64,000 nt of DNA, taken from positions 618,083-682,082 of the forward strand of contig NW_019091355.1 of assembly GCF_001949145.1 (NCBI RefSeq), in the 5' to 3' direction. This DNA is from Acanthaster planci (taxonomy: Eukaryota). The notes beneath the pieces are model-generated. The model was not told where the DNA came from, ran no database searches, and saw only the letters and a list, made by a program, of their open reading frames with translations. Below are positions 25,901 to 37,900 of the stretch, piece after piece (the stretch's first letter is position 1; each line of letters opens with the position of its first letter). The translations under genes and the position numbers were made by a program.

Positions 25901-28900
25901 GTTCTGCCCTTTCACGTTATCTTTTATCACAGCTTGGCCGATATGACTGATAGAAAACATCAGCTGTAATGCATTTACTCCTTCAAGCTGTTCTGTATAT
26001 CTTGCTACTATTAGCTTTTGACTTCAAGGTGCATTACAACTCAAAGAGATCAGAAAATAGTTTGGCCTATTGCTTGGCATGTGCATGAAATACATCAACT
26101 ATACTTGTCCATGCATGGCAACATTACTGTTTAGACATGTGACCAGTACTTAATTTGCCTTTATATGTAAGCTGATGAAGGGGGGTGGTAAGCCATTCCA
26201 CCTTAAATCCTAAATTCACCAAAATCAGAAGTACTGCCACTTTACATTGAGGATGGCCAAGGCCAAATCCTTACAAATACATGAGGTGGCTAACTTTGTA
26301 AGATTTTGCAGGAATCAGGAAGATAGAGCCCAGCCACTATTACTGGTAGTCAACAGCACAAATGAGCTTCATACACCTGGAAGTTCAAGTACACAGAATG
26401 TGCAATTGAGAAATTCCATGCATAATGTACACAAGAGTGGGTGTTTTAGGATGATGTTTGAATGTTCTAAAGTAAAAATAGCCAAAGAGTCTCTTCAATA
26501 AAAATTCTGCATGGTTACTGATACATGTACATTAATGTCAAGCCCTTGATTTTGGCAGGGTGTTGGGGTTTAACAGGCGGGGGCCAAATTTCTTGCAAGA
26601 CATATCCATGCAGTGGCAATACCAGCTAAACACTCAGAAACTGATCACTTGAGTCAGGTTGGCGTAGTGGTTCTTTCCTCGCCTTCCACCTCTGCGACCT
26701 GGATTCGAATCCCACCTACGTCAGTATGTGGATTGAGTTTTCAGTCCTTGCATGATCCCGTGGGTTTTTCCTGAAATATTTATTGGGGGTTTTCCTCCCA
26801 CCTCTAAAACTGAACATTTCTTTATTGTCTTCTAAATTGTCACATCATCCTATAATTGGTGCTAAATATACTCTTGGATGAACAGATATAAATAAATAAA
26901 TAAACAAATAAATAAAACAACACAAAAGCTGACATAGGACAGTACTTTGCTGCTATGATGTACACATACAAATGCAATATTCAGAATAAAATAAGTTGGC
27001 AACCAAGAAATTACATTTAGAATTGCCACATCTGCACGTACATGTAGCCGCATATACATGTATGTACAACTTTACCCTTTAAATAAGGTTCTAAAGACCA
27101 AATAACATACACATTCTTAGAAATTCATCATTTTCAAATGTTATTCTAATACCGTTACGTGTACGTACAAGTACGTGTACACCAGTGAATAGACGCATGT
27201 ATCAATTTTTTAATGCATCACTTGTTGGCATGGTTGGGAAATAAATATAAGTATGTAAAGGTGTCAAATTTGGTTAAAAAGTGGAAAGACAAAATTGAAT
27301 ATCATGATCAAATTTATTCCGCCATTTACCAGATTTTGAAAGGACAAAGTAACATGAGAATGCACAAACTTTATAAGTCAAAAATGCAAACACCAGAGCA
27401 AAATTAATTTAGCATAGGACATTTTAATTTTACATTTCCCGACAATATTTTGTCTGAACACTTCTGCTTTTGGTCAGAAATGTACCTCGAGGGATCAAAA
27501 AAATGACTAACATCCGTCTGTAATTTCACGCTCAAAATATACATGTACAGAAGGTAAACCTAACGGACAGCACAATTACACAAAGTCGATCATTACCTTC
27601 CTTCTGAATCGTAAAAATTACGGGTAGAAGTCTTGGCTTCTTAATTGCTGAGTAATACTGTAGTTGACTATCATGTTATCAATTTTATTTGGCTCTAGGC
27701 AGCTAATGACACAAATGGTAGTAGACATACTTCGTGTGTAAGTACAATGCACATTGGTTTGTGAAAAGTTCCTGGTAGCACAGTGCACGGAATATGGGTA
27801 AGGCTGAGACCTTAACCCTAACAGTCCTCAATCCTTCACCTGTTGGGAGGACTGAGGACTGTTAGGGTTAATATTCATATAAGAAATGTACCAGCCAAAC
27901 AAAACTAAGATCATTTGATCTGAATGAGTCTGTGTGTAACAATTTCACACAAACTTCACCAGGCAAACAGGACAATTTTGCTAGTTCAAACAGACATGGT
28001 CTACAGCACCCCTTTGACAAGTTTTACACCTTATCAGTCAGGGGGCCTGATATACATGTACATACATAGGCTTTTGTACACATGAAAGTCTCAATGTCAA
28101 TGCAAGAGTTGAATTAACACTTGCTTCCTTCACTGGGAATGTGGCAGGGCTCAGAAGTGACTTTCATAGGTAGGCCTATAATTATTGTGTGAATATATTA
28201 CGATCACTGCATCATGAGCGCAGCCCGCTTTCAGACCGGCCAGCTGGCCCTACACGCACATGTAGCATGCACACCCTACATGTACGTGTACATATGCTTG
28301 CATGTGCATGTATGTCGGGTACAGTTGCGCTGTACATGGTACAATCTGTTCCGTGTTTTTATTGGTTAGTAACAGTTTTCAGTGACAAGAGAGCCAATCA
28401 GTATCCATCTTCTTTACAGGGGCGCTTAAGTAGAAAGCGGTGTGCCATGAGCTTTGGTCACCATGAAAACATTGCTCCGTGCATACATACAGCTTGTGTG
28501 CTCACTGAATTCATGCAGGAAACTCCCCAGCGTGTCGGACCATAATCATTGTAAACATTGTCATGTTTGCACGTGCATGCACGCGTGTCAGCGTGACGTT
28601 TTCCTATTTTGATTGAGGTGGGTTTGTTACAGTCTGCATCAACTGAACAAAGTTGAAATACAGTTTAAACTTACAAATCCCCTTCGAGTTTTTTGAAAAG
28701 AAATACTCAAATCAGGATGAAAAAGGTTCACTTCCGCTTTTATTTAAATTAACCCAAACCCTACACAGTACTACAAATTACTAGTTGTACGAAAATGTTG
28801 TATTCAGTCCTGTCGCTTGTAAGAGGACATGACCTTGTTGTTCTTTGAAGCCATAAGATATAATAGAATACACAGTGAGGGTGAGGGTGCCGAAGAAGGC

Positions 28901-30077
28901 TATGAACCATGCTCCTTTCCCATATTTGGCTCTCGGCCAATAGAGTACCAAAGTGAATATGTCATGTGTGCAATTAGGCCTATACGTGTAAAAGGCATAT
29001 TGGTGAGAACAAGTGCGTGAATCAACACGCGCGCGTACTCCATTCGTTTGCACTACACTTTCTGGTTCACAGTGATGTCACACGTCAGGTCTAAGAACAG
29101 GGGTGTGTGTGGCCACTTAAAGTTGAAAACAGCTAACAAAAATCTGAAAGTAAGAAGTTCCCTTTTTTGTACAGACCTGGTGTACAAAAAAGTTGAAATT
29201 TAGGGTCAACATCTTAACAAAAAAAGCTGAAATCGGATAAAAAGCTGAATTCTCATACCCCTGTCTATAGGCCTACGGCAAGGCCTACATGTACATGTAT
29301 AACTAGACTGGGCATGCATGCTAGGGTCACTGGGGTCTTATAAAATAAACGTTTAAATTTCAGACATGTCAGAGCTTGGACATGTCAGAGAACAGTTTCC
29401 ATAGTTAGGCCTTGTGATTATTATAACATATAGGCCTAATTTATATTCACAATGTTCACATTCACATAAGCCTTGCATGGGTGATTTAGCACAATGGTAG
29501 AAAGGCAATGTGGGCTGGTGGGAAGGAAAAAGGGACAATCTTTGCTCCTTTTTCCTTCCCACAATGCCTTTCTACCATTGTGTAAAATCACCCATGCAGT
29601 ATTTGCGATAAGGCTTATGCATGTTTAGTAATAATGTTCGACCACCTTCCTACCTCCATCCATGGTCCAACCTTATCATATAGGCCTATCCGTGCTTTGT
29701 GTTCAGTTCATAGTTTTCAGTTTGCTAGGCCATACACCCTGTACAGCTAGGCCTAGCATGCCTAGGCCCTATCCCTAAACTAAAATTTTTCTTTGCTAGA
29801 TAAGTTTACCAGTTCAAAGTAGGCCTACGTTTTATTACTGGTGGTAGAATCCAAGAAAAAATACTGAACTTGAAACCTTCCACGTAAAGGTACTTACTTC
29901 GGACACTTCGCCTTCTTCACTTCCAGACAAATCGGATATTAAATCTTGAGCTTGGAACGCAAGCAGCTGGGCCTTGTCCAGTCTATGCTCCAAAGCAGTC
30001 ACGGCTGCTTTAGGAGACTCGCTAATTTTCCCGTCTTTTCGGACGACTGGGACCTTCTTCTGCCCACCATTCTGCAT
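4960..30077 (-). CDS. ANKHD1: Multiple ankyrin repeat, single KH domain protein (MASK; co-ortholog of ANKHD1/ANKRD17), 31 coding exons, 2500 aa
   Basis: Hand-spliced GT-AG exons in transcription order: 29898-30077, 23299-23407, 22293-22455, 21466-21586, 21050-21197, 20469-20702, 19998-20140, 19032-19221, 18460-18651, 17757-17866, 17349-17436, 16390-16517, 15775-16006, 14646-15629, 14007-14357, 13561-13706, 13234-13376, 12882-13095, 12424-12661, 11998-12098, 11756-11851, 11512-11628, 10918-11077, 10098-10397, 9504-9741, 8908-9090, 8517-8681, 6505-8222, 5984-6105, 5552-5707, 4960-4992 (7503 nt, phases consistent). Hallmarks include EVSEVESFIL, DPETLEALLEAAGI, NTHSNEFKESALTLACYKGH, two ankyrin clusters, EPPSATTTTIG, the KH domain (IGRGGCNINAIREVTGAHIDVD) and PIGNER. 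The last three exons are less certain. Confidence 0.96.
11243..11486. mobile_element. piggyBac-like MITE in a MASK intron
   Basis: TTAA-CCCTCC ... GGAGGG-TTAA ends, with internal inverted AGTCACTCT/AGAGTGACT. Confidence 0.55.
18145..18308. mobile_element. Degenerate MITE in a MASK intron
   Basis: Left end ATTAGAAGCCATTACTGTGGTAGCAC versus reverse complement of right end ATTAGACGCCATAACGGCTGTGGCACCGCAC. Confidence 0.55.
22559..22677. mobile_element. PIF/Harbinger-like MITE
   Basis: TAA target duplication on both sides, TIRs GGCCGTGTCCGAA / TTCGGATGCAGCC, and internal inverted GCTAGGTCTA/TAGACCTAGC. Confidence 0.7.
26653..26860 (+). mobile_element. tRNA-derived SINE in MASK intron 1 (antisense to the gene)
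   Basis: A box TGGCGTAGTGG 26660-26670, B box GGATTCGAATCC 26701-26712, then a SINE-like body (ATGTGGATTGAGTTTTCAGTCC...GGGGTTTTCCTCCCACCTCTAAAACTG). Confidence 0.75.
27812..27871. mobile_element. 60-bp TTAA-flanked palindromic mini-element, copy 1
   Basis: TTAACCCTAACAGTCCTCA ... TGAGGACTGTTAGGGTTAA, perfect 19-bp arms. Confidence 0.75.
29465..29619. repeat. Foldback inverted repeat (arms about 65-75 bp, 9-nt loop) in MASK intron 1
   Basis: GCATGGGTGATTTAGCACAATGGTAGAAAGGCAATGTGGG...GGAAGGAAAAAGG pairs with CCTTTTTCCTTCCCACAATGCCTTTCTACCATTGTGTAAAATCACCCATGC, plus outer CATAAGCCTT/AAGGCTTATG. Confidence 0.85.
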
Positions 30078-30719
30078 TTTCTGATAGTCGAGTTACATGA
30101 GTAGTCCGTCAGAAATCTAAAGCGTAATATTAGCACTAGGATATGGAAAAATCACGGTGTCTTTTGACGGTAATTATTCGCTTTAGAACTACACGTCGCC
30201 CGCCATACTGGATTTTAGAGGGAAAAGGCCCGGATGTTGCCTTCATTACATATCATGCGGTCGAATACAACATGCGCAGTAGTGGGAAACACAGCAGAAA
30301 TGGTGATCGACCATTATTGATATCGAATATATGCTAGATCGATTACCCTGTACAACTGAACAGAATTTCAATTTACGTCGTAAGATTGAAAAATCAGCTG
30401 TATGCCATTGCTAGAAGTCAATCTTCCGCCAAGTCTCAGTTTCAAATATCGGGGTGTTCCTGCTTATTATTCATGTAATAAGCGTGTCGATTTAATTTTC
30501 CACTTAATGAATCGATCTCCTAATCGATACTCGTCACAACAACATTCGTCTCAACGCAAGCATGGCACAGGCCAGTACGGCGCGCATCACGGTGCGGGCC
30601 TGCAGTTAATTTTTGTCGTTGACAGGAAAAGACAAAAAAAGAAAAAGGCTCATGTACTTCATGATCGCAGTTAAAGTCTACAGTATTGTAAATGAATTTA
30701 AAAAATTTGCAGGAAGAGG

Positions 30720-30726
30720 AAAAAAA
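30720..30726 (-). terminator. Pol III oligo-T terminator of tRNA-Thr
   Basis: T7 run on the minus strand, 2 nt after the discriminator base. Confidence 0.85.
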
Positions 30727-30728
30727 GT

Positions 30729-30801
30729 AGCCCCCTGTGAGATTTGAACTCACGACCCCTGGTTTACAAGACCAGTGCTCTAACCACTGAGCTAAGGAGG
30801 C
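30729..30801 (-). tRNA. tRNA-Thr, anticodon TGT
   Basis: Minus strand reads GCCTCCTTAGCTCAGTGGTTAGAGCACTGGTCTTGTAAACCAGGGGTCGTGAGTTCAAATCTCACAGGGGGCT. Acceptor stem GCCTCCT/AGGGGGC, anticodon arm CTGGT-CTTGTAA-ACCAG and T arm GTGAG-TTCAAAT-CTCAC all pair. Confidence 0.97.
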
Positions 30802-30940
30802 TCAACTGATAAGTGAAGATGTATTTAGATTTTTATATAATTAGTAATTACAATCGGCCACTTTTTACATTCCAGGTTTGATTATGAAAATGAAAACATG
30901 ACAGGTGGTGAAAATCAACATGATATTTTAGATTCTAGTA

Positions 30941-30946
30941 TTTATT
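30941..30946 (-). promoter_or_regulatory. Candidate poly(A) signal ending a roughly 4-kb 4E-BP 3' UTR
   Basis: AATAAA on the minus strand at the end of a long U-rich tract downstream of the 4E-BP stop, about 140 bp before the tRNA. Confidence 0.45.
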
Positions 30947-33847
30947 GCACATTTTAAGCCACATACACGGAAAGGATATGAAGGAACAGCCTGGCTAGCG
31001 TACACTTACACTACACGAATTCGGGGTACGGTACTAGTGGCCATCTCTGGGTCAAATAAAATGGTGGCGCCCTACACAAATAACGGCAGTGCACGCGTGC
31101 TCGCTCGAGCACGCCTGCAATGTTTTACGCATGGCGATGCGCAATTAGCTTTAGCATACACCAACAAAAAAATTCAGTCCTTCATCTTCATAAGTTCGGG
31201 AGAAAAATGGGGAAAGATTTATTTCGGTAGAAGATTGGTCAAATAAACGAACCAATCCCACAAGTATCAGCCACATAAATCGACAGAGCAAACATTTGCA
31301 TTCTCGACACACAAGGACATAAACAAAACGCGCCCGTACAAGAGGTACTGCACGCAACGGCAACATGTACGGAAATCCCACTGAAAAAGTCTGGAAAGTG
31401 ACACTTTTGAAGAAAACGACAACATTCCACAGTTTTTGGGATTTGTCTGTTTGTTTAATGTTTCCTTTTGACCATGTCCAGGGCCATTTCCAAAAATCCT
31501 TTGCTTTGCAAAGCGCGTTTTACATTGGTGAGCAAAATACAACCGGAGAACCAACCAATACCCGATAGCAAAGCAATACAATGCCAAGCGTACGATTGTT
31601 ACAATTTGTTGGTATTGTAACCTATAGTTTGGCATACGTACTTTCTGTGCTTAAGGGGATTCAAGGGGACGTCCCCGGCAAGAAGTAATGAATATGTACT
31701 TTCACAATGTAGGTTTGTTCCGATTTCACAGTACACCATGTACAAGACAAGCTTTCAGACTTGAATAGTGCGTTTATTCATAGAATCTCGGAAACTTATG
31801 TTTATTCATCCTCCCCACAATTATAAATAATCATAAGGCGAAGAAGTTAACATCTGCAGTTAGCAAACTGAAACTTGAAAATTAACATAAAGGTACGCAA
31901 GTTTCGGTTTGAATTATGTTGTACTACTACAAATAATGTGGCTGAGATGGATTACAGTGATTACCATATTAACAGTCAACATACATATTCCTGATCTGAC
32001 TCATTTTATCTGATCGGTTAAAAGAATAAAAATTAATGCAGAGGCAATCTGGCCAGTGACAAAAATGGAGATCTTATGTATGTTCATACTGTGGTCATTC
32101 GCATCAAATACTTGTTACAAATCTGACTCACAGTAAAAGAAATTATTTCCAGTTTTTGCGAATATTCAACCTTGCATTATTTCAAATTCCACTTCCTCTG
32201 ATATTTTTCATGTCCTGTTCCTTGCTTACCAACAAAATTGCAAAATAAAATTTGCTTACCAGTTATAGGAATGAGGCCTTGCAAAGAGAAAACTCCACTT
32301 AGTCAAAATGAAATATTTTCCCCCTGGGCAAATGTTTGTTCTTGGCGGCCAAGTACTGGAGTTCAATTTATCTCTAGTCCATCATAAACTGTCTAATCAT
32401 ACGTCACAAGCCAAGAGCATTCATTTGTCACTGTTCACCCTGTCGCATGTACTTGTGTAATGAACTTGACAAGAGGCTAAACCTTATCAGCATTTCCTGT
32501 AAGCAACTTCAGAGGCCCTGATGTAGAAATTTACATTTTACTTTTTCCCCTTCCCTTTTTGCTAAACACTAAACAAAAAACCCATGGCATGTGGAAGAAA
32601 TTGCCTCCCCCAAAAGAAAAATTAAGCAAAACTTCTGAAAGGTTAAATTAAATCAGCATGTTTGAAACTGGCAACACAATGCACCCATCATTTATTAGTG
32701 ACCAAGAGGGTATACATCCACTGAGATGGACAGACAAGTTCAGAAGAACAAATGGACTGAAAAGTAAATTAAAAACTCTATTTACATTAGTTTACCACAG
32801 GAAGTTTAAATATGCATAATCTTTTTGTTTTCAAATTTGTGGGGGTGAGGAAATCATGTTACGACTAACTTTTGGTTTGTATCAAGTTTAGACGAAAAAG
32901 AACGAGGATAATTTATTTTATGAAGAAATTGAACACTTTTTCTTGCACTACAGGCAAAATAAATTAACTTAATTTTATATTCATATTCATGATTGTTAAG
33001 TCATGTGATCATGTTGGACCAAACCTGTACAAGGTCAGAGTCAGCAGTTCCCATACTGTGCAGTGGACCATTTGTAGTGGCTAGGCTGACTTATGAATGT
33101 CAGGCATAAAGTCCTTCCAACAGCGGTTCAATGCAAAACACAAAAATCTCTCATAGCTGATGTGTACAAATTCTGATGAAAACTGGTTTTGCCCTCTGTA
33201 TGAATCACTCCAGGGTTCTCACATGTGAGGTACAAGGCACCATCTTAGTTCCTTTAACCCTGCTGGCCACTACCAATGAGCCACTGTCCTGGACTACTGT
33301 ATACAGAACTTATTACCTCATACAATGGAACTCGGTCTACATGTGACTCTTCAGATAAATGGCCTGTGCATGAACAAAAAAACTGACCTATAAGGTCTAC
33401 TAATACTGAGTGATCATAAAGCCCACTTTTCTGGACAGTTTAAAAAACTGGACCAAATACATGTAGATTTTGTTAGCTGAGCACAGGACAAATATCTTAC
33501 TGAAAGGCCAAGTCCTCAAACTGGAGAAAAGAACAAAAGTCAAAATTTCAGAAAACCATTCCACACAAGTTTTAAGTATCCCTGATATAGTTTAACCTTT
33601 GACCTCAAATAAGGCATGGTGGCATTTATGCCATGCATTGATTTCAAAGGAAATTTTGAAATCTTTTAAATGTTAAAAGCTCAAATTCGGGAGCGACACT
33701 AAGGATTTGGGGAAAAATATGTATTTCATGAAGCTGGACTTGTGAAGTGTTTCTAGTGCATATGGAAACTTGTTTTTGAGAGATGAATTTCACATTCCAA
33801 GATGTTCAATAATTTGGTTTGTGAAAATTTAAGGCCAGAGGGTAAAC

Positions 33848-34053
33848 CAGTGTTGTAGTCACGACCATTTAAGACCTTCACAAGACTAACACAAGATCTC
33901 TAGTCTACATTCAAGCCACAAGCTATTCAAATGAACTACAACATTTGAGGCATTCATTTTTCATTGTTCTCGCAGTTACTTGTGACTTGTCTTGTGACTT
34001 GTCTTGTGTCTGGTCTTGTGTCTCATCTTGCAATGGTCTTGACTACAACACTG
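33848..34053. mobile_element. hAT-like MITE in the putative 4E-BP 3' UTR
   Basis: TIRs CAGTGTTGTAGTCACGACCATT / AATGGTCTTGACTACAACACTG. Flanks GGGTAAAC and GGGTGACC match at 6 of 8, a candidate 8-bp TSD. Internal CTTGTGACTTGT tandem repeats. Confidence 0.75.
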
Positions 34054-34933
34054 GGGTGACCTACATTAACTTGTCCCTGAAAAAATGCAAATACTGAAAA
34101 AGCTACAAAAACACTTTTCCAGGGGTTTTTCTCCTCATGTTGAAAGATTGTAACATGATTTTTTGTCAGATTTCCAGGGATGAACATGAAGCAACAAATA
34201 CTCTGCATAGGTTTGGCATAGAATAACATGACCAGGGTCATGTCATTTCAATTGATGGCAATTCTGACTGAAAAAGAATTTGTACACAGAGATAAACTAA
34301 TTGACTGCCAGCATATTGAAGGACAAAAAAGTCAAAGTTGAAGAATCATCAAATTGAAACACTTGATTAAATCTTTTCCTTGTGTTGTACTGTAGAGTCC
34401 ATTCAATTTGCGGCAAATACTACATGTACATGTAGTAGGTTCCTGTCTGTTGCCACAGTGTTGTCTCGACTGCAAGTCCGCCAAATTATTTCCGATACAA
34501 TAAACCAAAGAAATTTGTCTGTAAATCTGAGCACCGTCTTGAAGTTGCCATGGTCACAGCATCCATAACAGATGCCACAGGGCACTCATCCGCTGAGATA
34601 AAGAGTCAGTCCAGGGCTTGAACCAATCCAAACATAACCTTGATCCGTTTGTGGGTGATGCATAGGCACATACAACACGCACAAAAAAAAGGAGTGGCTC
34701 AAATTTACCTTAGCAACACATTCCTTGACTGCATTCTGTCGTCAAGGAAGCAACTTTGGACGATGTGTTATTGCACCAGTTATTCCCCCTCTTTTTTTTC
34801 TATAATTTCCCTCAATCTGAGTGGTAGCTTTATAACGCCCAAACCTGACCCCCCCTCCCCCTGGATGCCCGTGTTTTTTTTCCACACGAGGGCGGTAGAC
34901 TACCTGATGAACGCACGCTGACTGTTGAGTGTC

Positions 34934-37900
34934 TCAGATATCCATCTCAAACTGTGGTTCCTCAGCAGTATCTAATGATTGAAAAAAAAAAGACAGGAAA
35001 AAGTCCAATTGAAGTTGGGAAAAGGCAACAGATTTAGTTCTGAACCTTACCTTCCCAGATCCTGCAAAATCCACCGGCAGGTTTTGGAGGATTTGAGGAA
35101 GGTAGATACCAGCAACTGTTCCTTTACATGTGGCTTTACATCTGCTTCTTACAAAACAAAATGTGTATGGAATTTTTAAAGAAATTGTTCTTAAACAGCT
35201 ACTTTTCACAGCTTCTGACTGGCACATAGATTATCTTGGATTCAGCTGCCATATTCAAGCCTCAGGCAGTCTTCCTAGGAGGAAAACAACAGCCCACATA
35301 TCTCCTACCTCCATTTTGGCTTAATAAATAAGCAGACAAAATCGATTGCTGTTATGTCTCTTGCTAAGGGACACAAAATACCCAAACTTCCCTGGCCGAG
35401 AAAGAAATGAAAATAACAGCAATCTAGTCAGCAGCTACTAAGTCAGAGGTTGTGAGCTGAAGATTACTGACTGATTCAGTAAAAACACTGGGTAGACAGA
35501 ACAAATTGCTCTAAAGTCTCTTGCTTAGGAACACAAATGATCATGGCTGGGTTGGAACCCCCATATAAATTTAATCAAAGATAAACACGAGGCCATGTCT
35601 ACATCATTTTACTAGAATATGGGCCTTAGCTTGTTGTAAACACAGGAATAATGTTCATGCTGACAACAGTGGTCAGAGCCATGAATCTCAAGACTTATTT
35701 CAGACATGGCTTTTCGGACTATAAACTGAAACCAACTGACCGTTAGTCACTGCCTCCTTGTTATTTTCACTGCAGGCCACCTTTCCATTGGTCTTGACAG
35801 CTGCATCACCTTTCACTGTCACTCCTGGGATGACGGGAAGGTTGGCCGGAGGTGTTCTGGCGAGAGGTGAATCGCGCAGGTTCATCAGAAACTGCCGCTC
35901 GTAGATGATACGCGTACCTGACAAGGACCAATTGTCCAAGAAAAATATCACTGGTGAATTCTGTGCCAACCTTATCCTTTGACTCTTTGCCTCATGCAGA
36001 TACTGATCTCATGAGACAACTCATACTGCTCACACATGCAGATTTTGGGACAACGAGGAGCTCCATCAGGCAAATTCTGATTTTTGTTTTATCCGTAAGC
36101 GACTAGTAGGCATCTTTTATCCAAACTATCGCTGCGTAGGAGGCTTTTTTTCCTCCTTTCTGTGTAGCTACAACATAGAAAATTCCGGAACAGTTACACC
36201 TTAATCCACTGAGTCCAATGACTTTGTGATATTCACTCACACAGCCTACAAATTCATCCACAGGAATTCATCTTGTGGAGTTTAGACTTGTTTTTGCATG
36301 TCAAAGTCACGTCTGTGTGACAATGCAACACAGTTAACCTGCAGGGTTAAAGGTCGCTGACCTTTACCCAAGTGTATTTCTTTATAGGGCTTGTGCACAT
36401 ACCATCTAAGGTAAAGTGAGAAATATACCACTCACACCACCATACATGTAGACGGGCGCCTACTGAAAACAGCACAACCAATAAAGTCAATGCAAAGAGT
36501 GGCATGATAGAGTAGGCTAGTATGCAACAAGAGAAAACAACTCTACTAATGCTTACAAATACTGCTGCAATATAAGTGAGTTTGAGAAAATACAGGTTAT
36601 TTATGACCATACAGCAGTGTAATATGCATAAATGCTACCTTGTGACTCATCAGCAATCATAACAGATGCCAGAATCTTTGACCTATCAACAATACATGTA
36701 CATTGGACTTTTACCAGACAAGCTACAAAATAATGACGACTACACTGTATGTGCATTATGATTATCCAATCAATGACTAATACTCATAGTTGAAGAGGTT
36801 GTTGTCTAAGCAACCAAATTACTCATAATTATTGTGCAGGGCAGGATATTTACAAGCCATCTTTAGGGTATGACATACCAAAACACATTCTGATCTGTGA
36901 CAAGCTATGTATGCACAGCACTTAAATACCCTCAGATGCATTGCACCTCACAACAAATTGATCAAGTTGATGAAGTGTCTTTATGTCGCCTTTCCATACA
37001 TGTATGTGTGTTTTTTGGATGCATTGCCTACACGATGTGTTCATGCGATTCACTTTCACAGACACTCCCCATTAACATAGCACACATATGTGTTGCATTT
37101 GGCTGTCAAAATTGCTCTGGGGGTGATTTTGACAGATACGCAATGCTTAACACAAGTGTTGACACACTTATGGAAAGGTGTCTTTACAGCATTCGAATAC
37201 AGATCCTTAGAGCAATGAGGTATGCTGAGTAGCATACAGTACAGAGGTGACGCACCTCAGAAACACTCAGGTATACAGGGACAGCTAAGGTGCACCATAA
37301 CATAAGGTGCAATAAAGGGTTTGCATGGCTACCATTTTGTAGGCCAATGCTTTTGTTCAACAGGGTATGCACAAAGGACTGCCCCGCAAGATGGCTACCA
37401 GGCAAAGCATCTTCATGTATACCTCAAAGTGCTCAGGTGCTGTACCTCATTATCACCTGGGTACACTGAGGCATAGCCTAAAGGGAGCCACACCCCATTG
37501 CACAGGGAGTTGCCTCACAGCATTAACCCTAACCCTTCTCAATCCTTCACCTGTTGGAGGACTGAGGAGGGTTAGGGTTAAGATGCAGTGTAAGTTGCAA
37601 TATCTATGTTGTCTGAACTGAAGCCTTAACCTTAGTAAATTAAGATAATTTGCAGCAATTTTGGATAACATTTGAAAAAATGAGAGGCACCCCTTGGGTT
37701 GCACTTCAGTCCATTTAAGAAGAATAACCAAACCAAATTTATGCAGAGGATGACTGAATATCAGCAATCTTGTTACATGTAGGGTCTATCTTTGGTTTTT
37801 CTGGTTTTAGAACAGTGGCCTGATGTACACGTGTTTTTTCACAACCTCAAACCTGTCCACCAATTCCTACAAGATGAATGTATAAGCTATTTATCAGTGT

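Noticed and set aside
33975..34025. Short direct repeats as a CRISPR-like array
   Set aside because: Spacer-less tandem repeats inside a MITE in a eukaryotic genome.
37571..37581. Interstitial telomere repeat
   Set aside because: Fewer than two full TTAGGG units, explained by the palindromic mini-element end.
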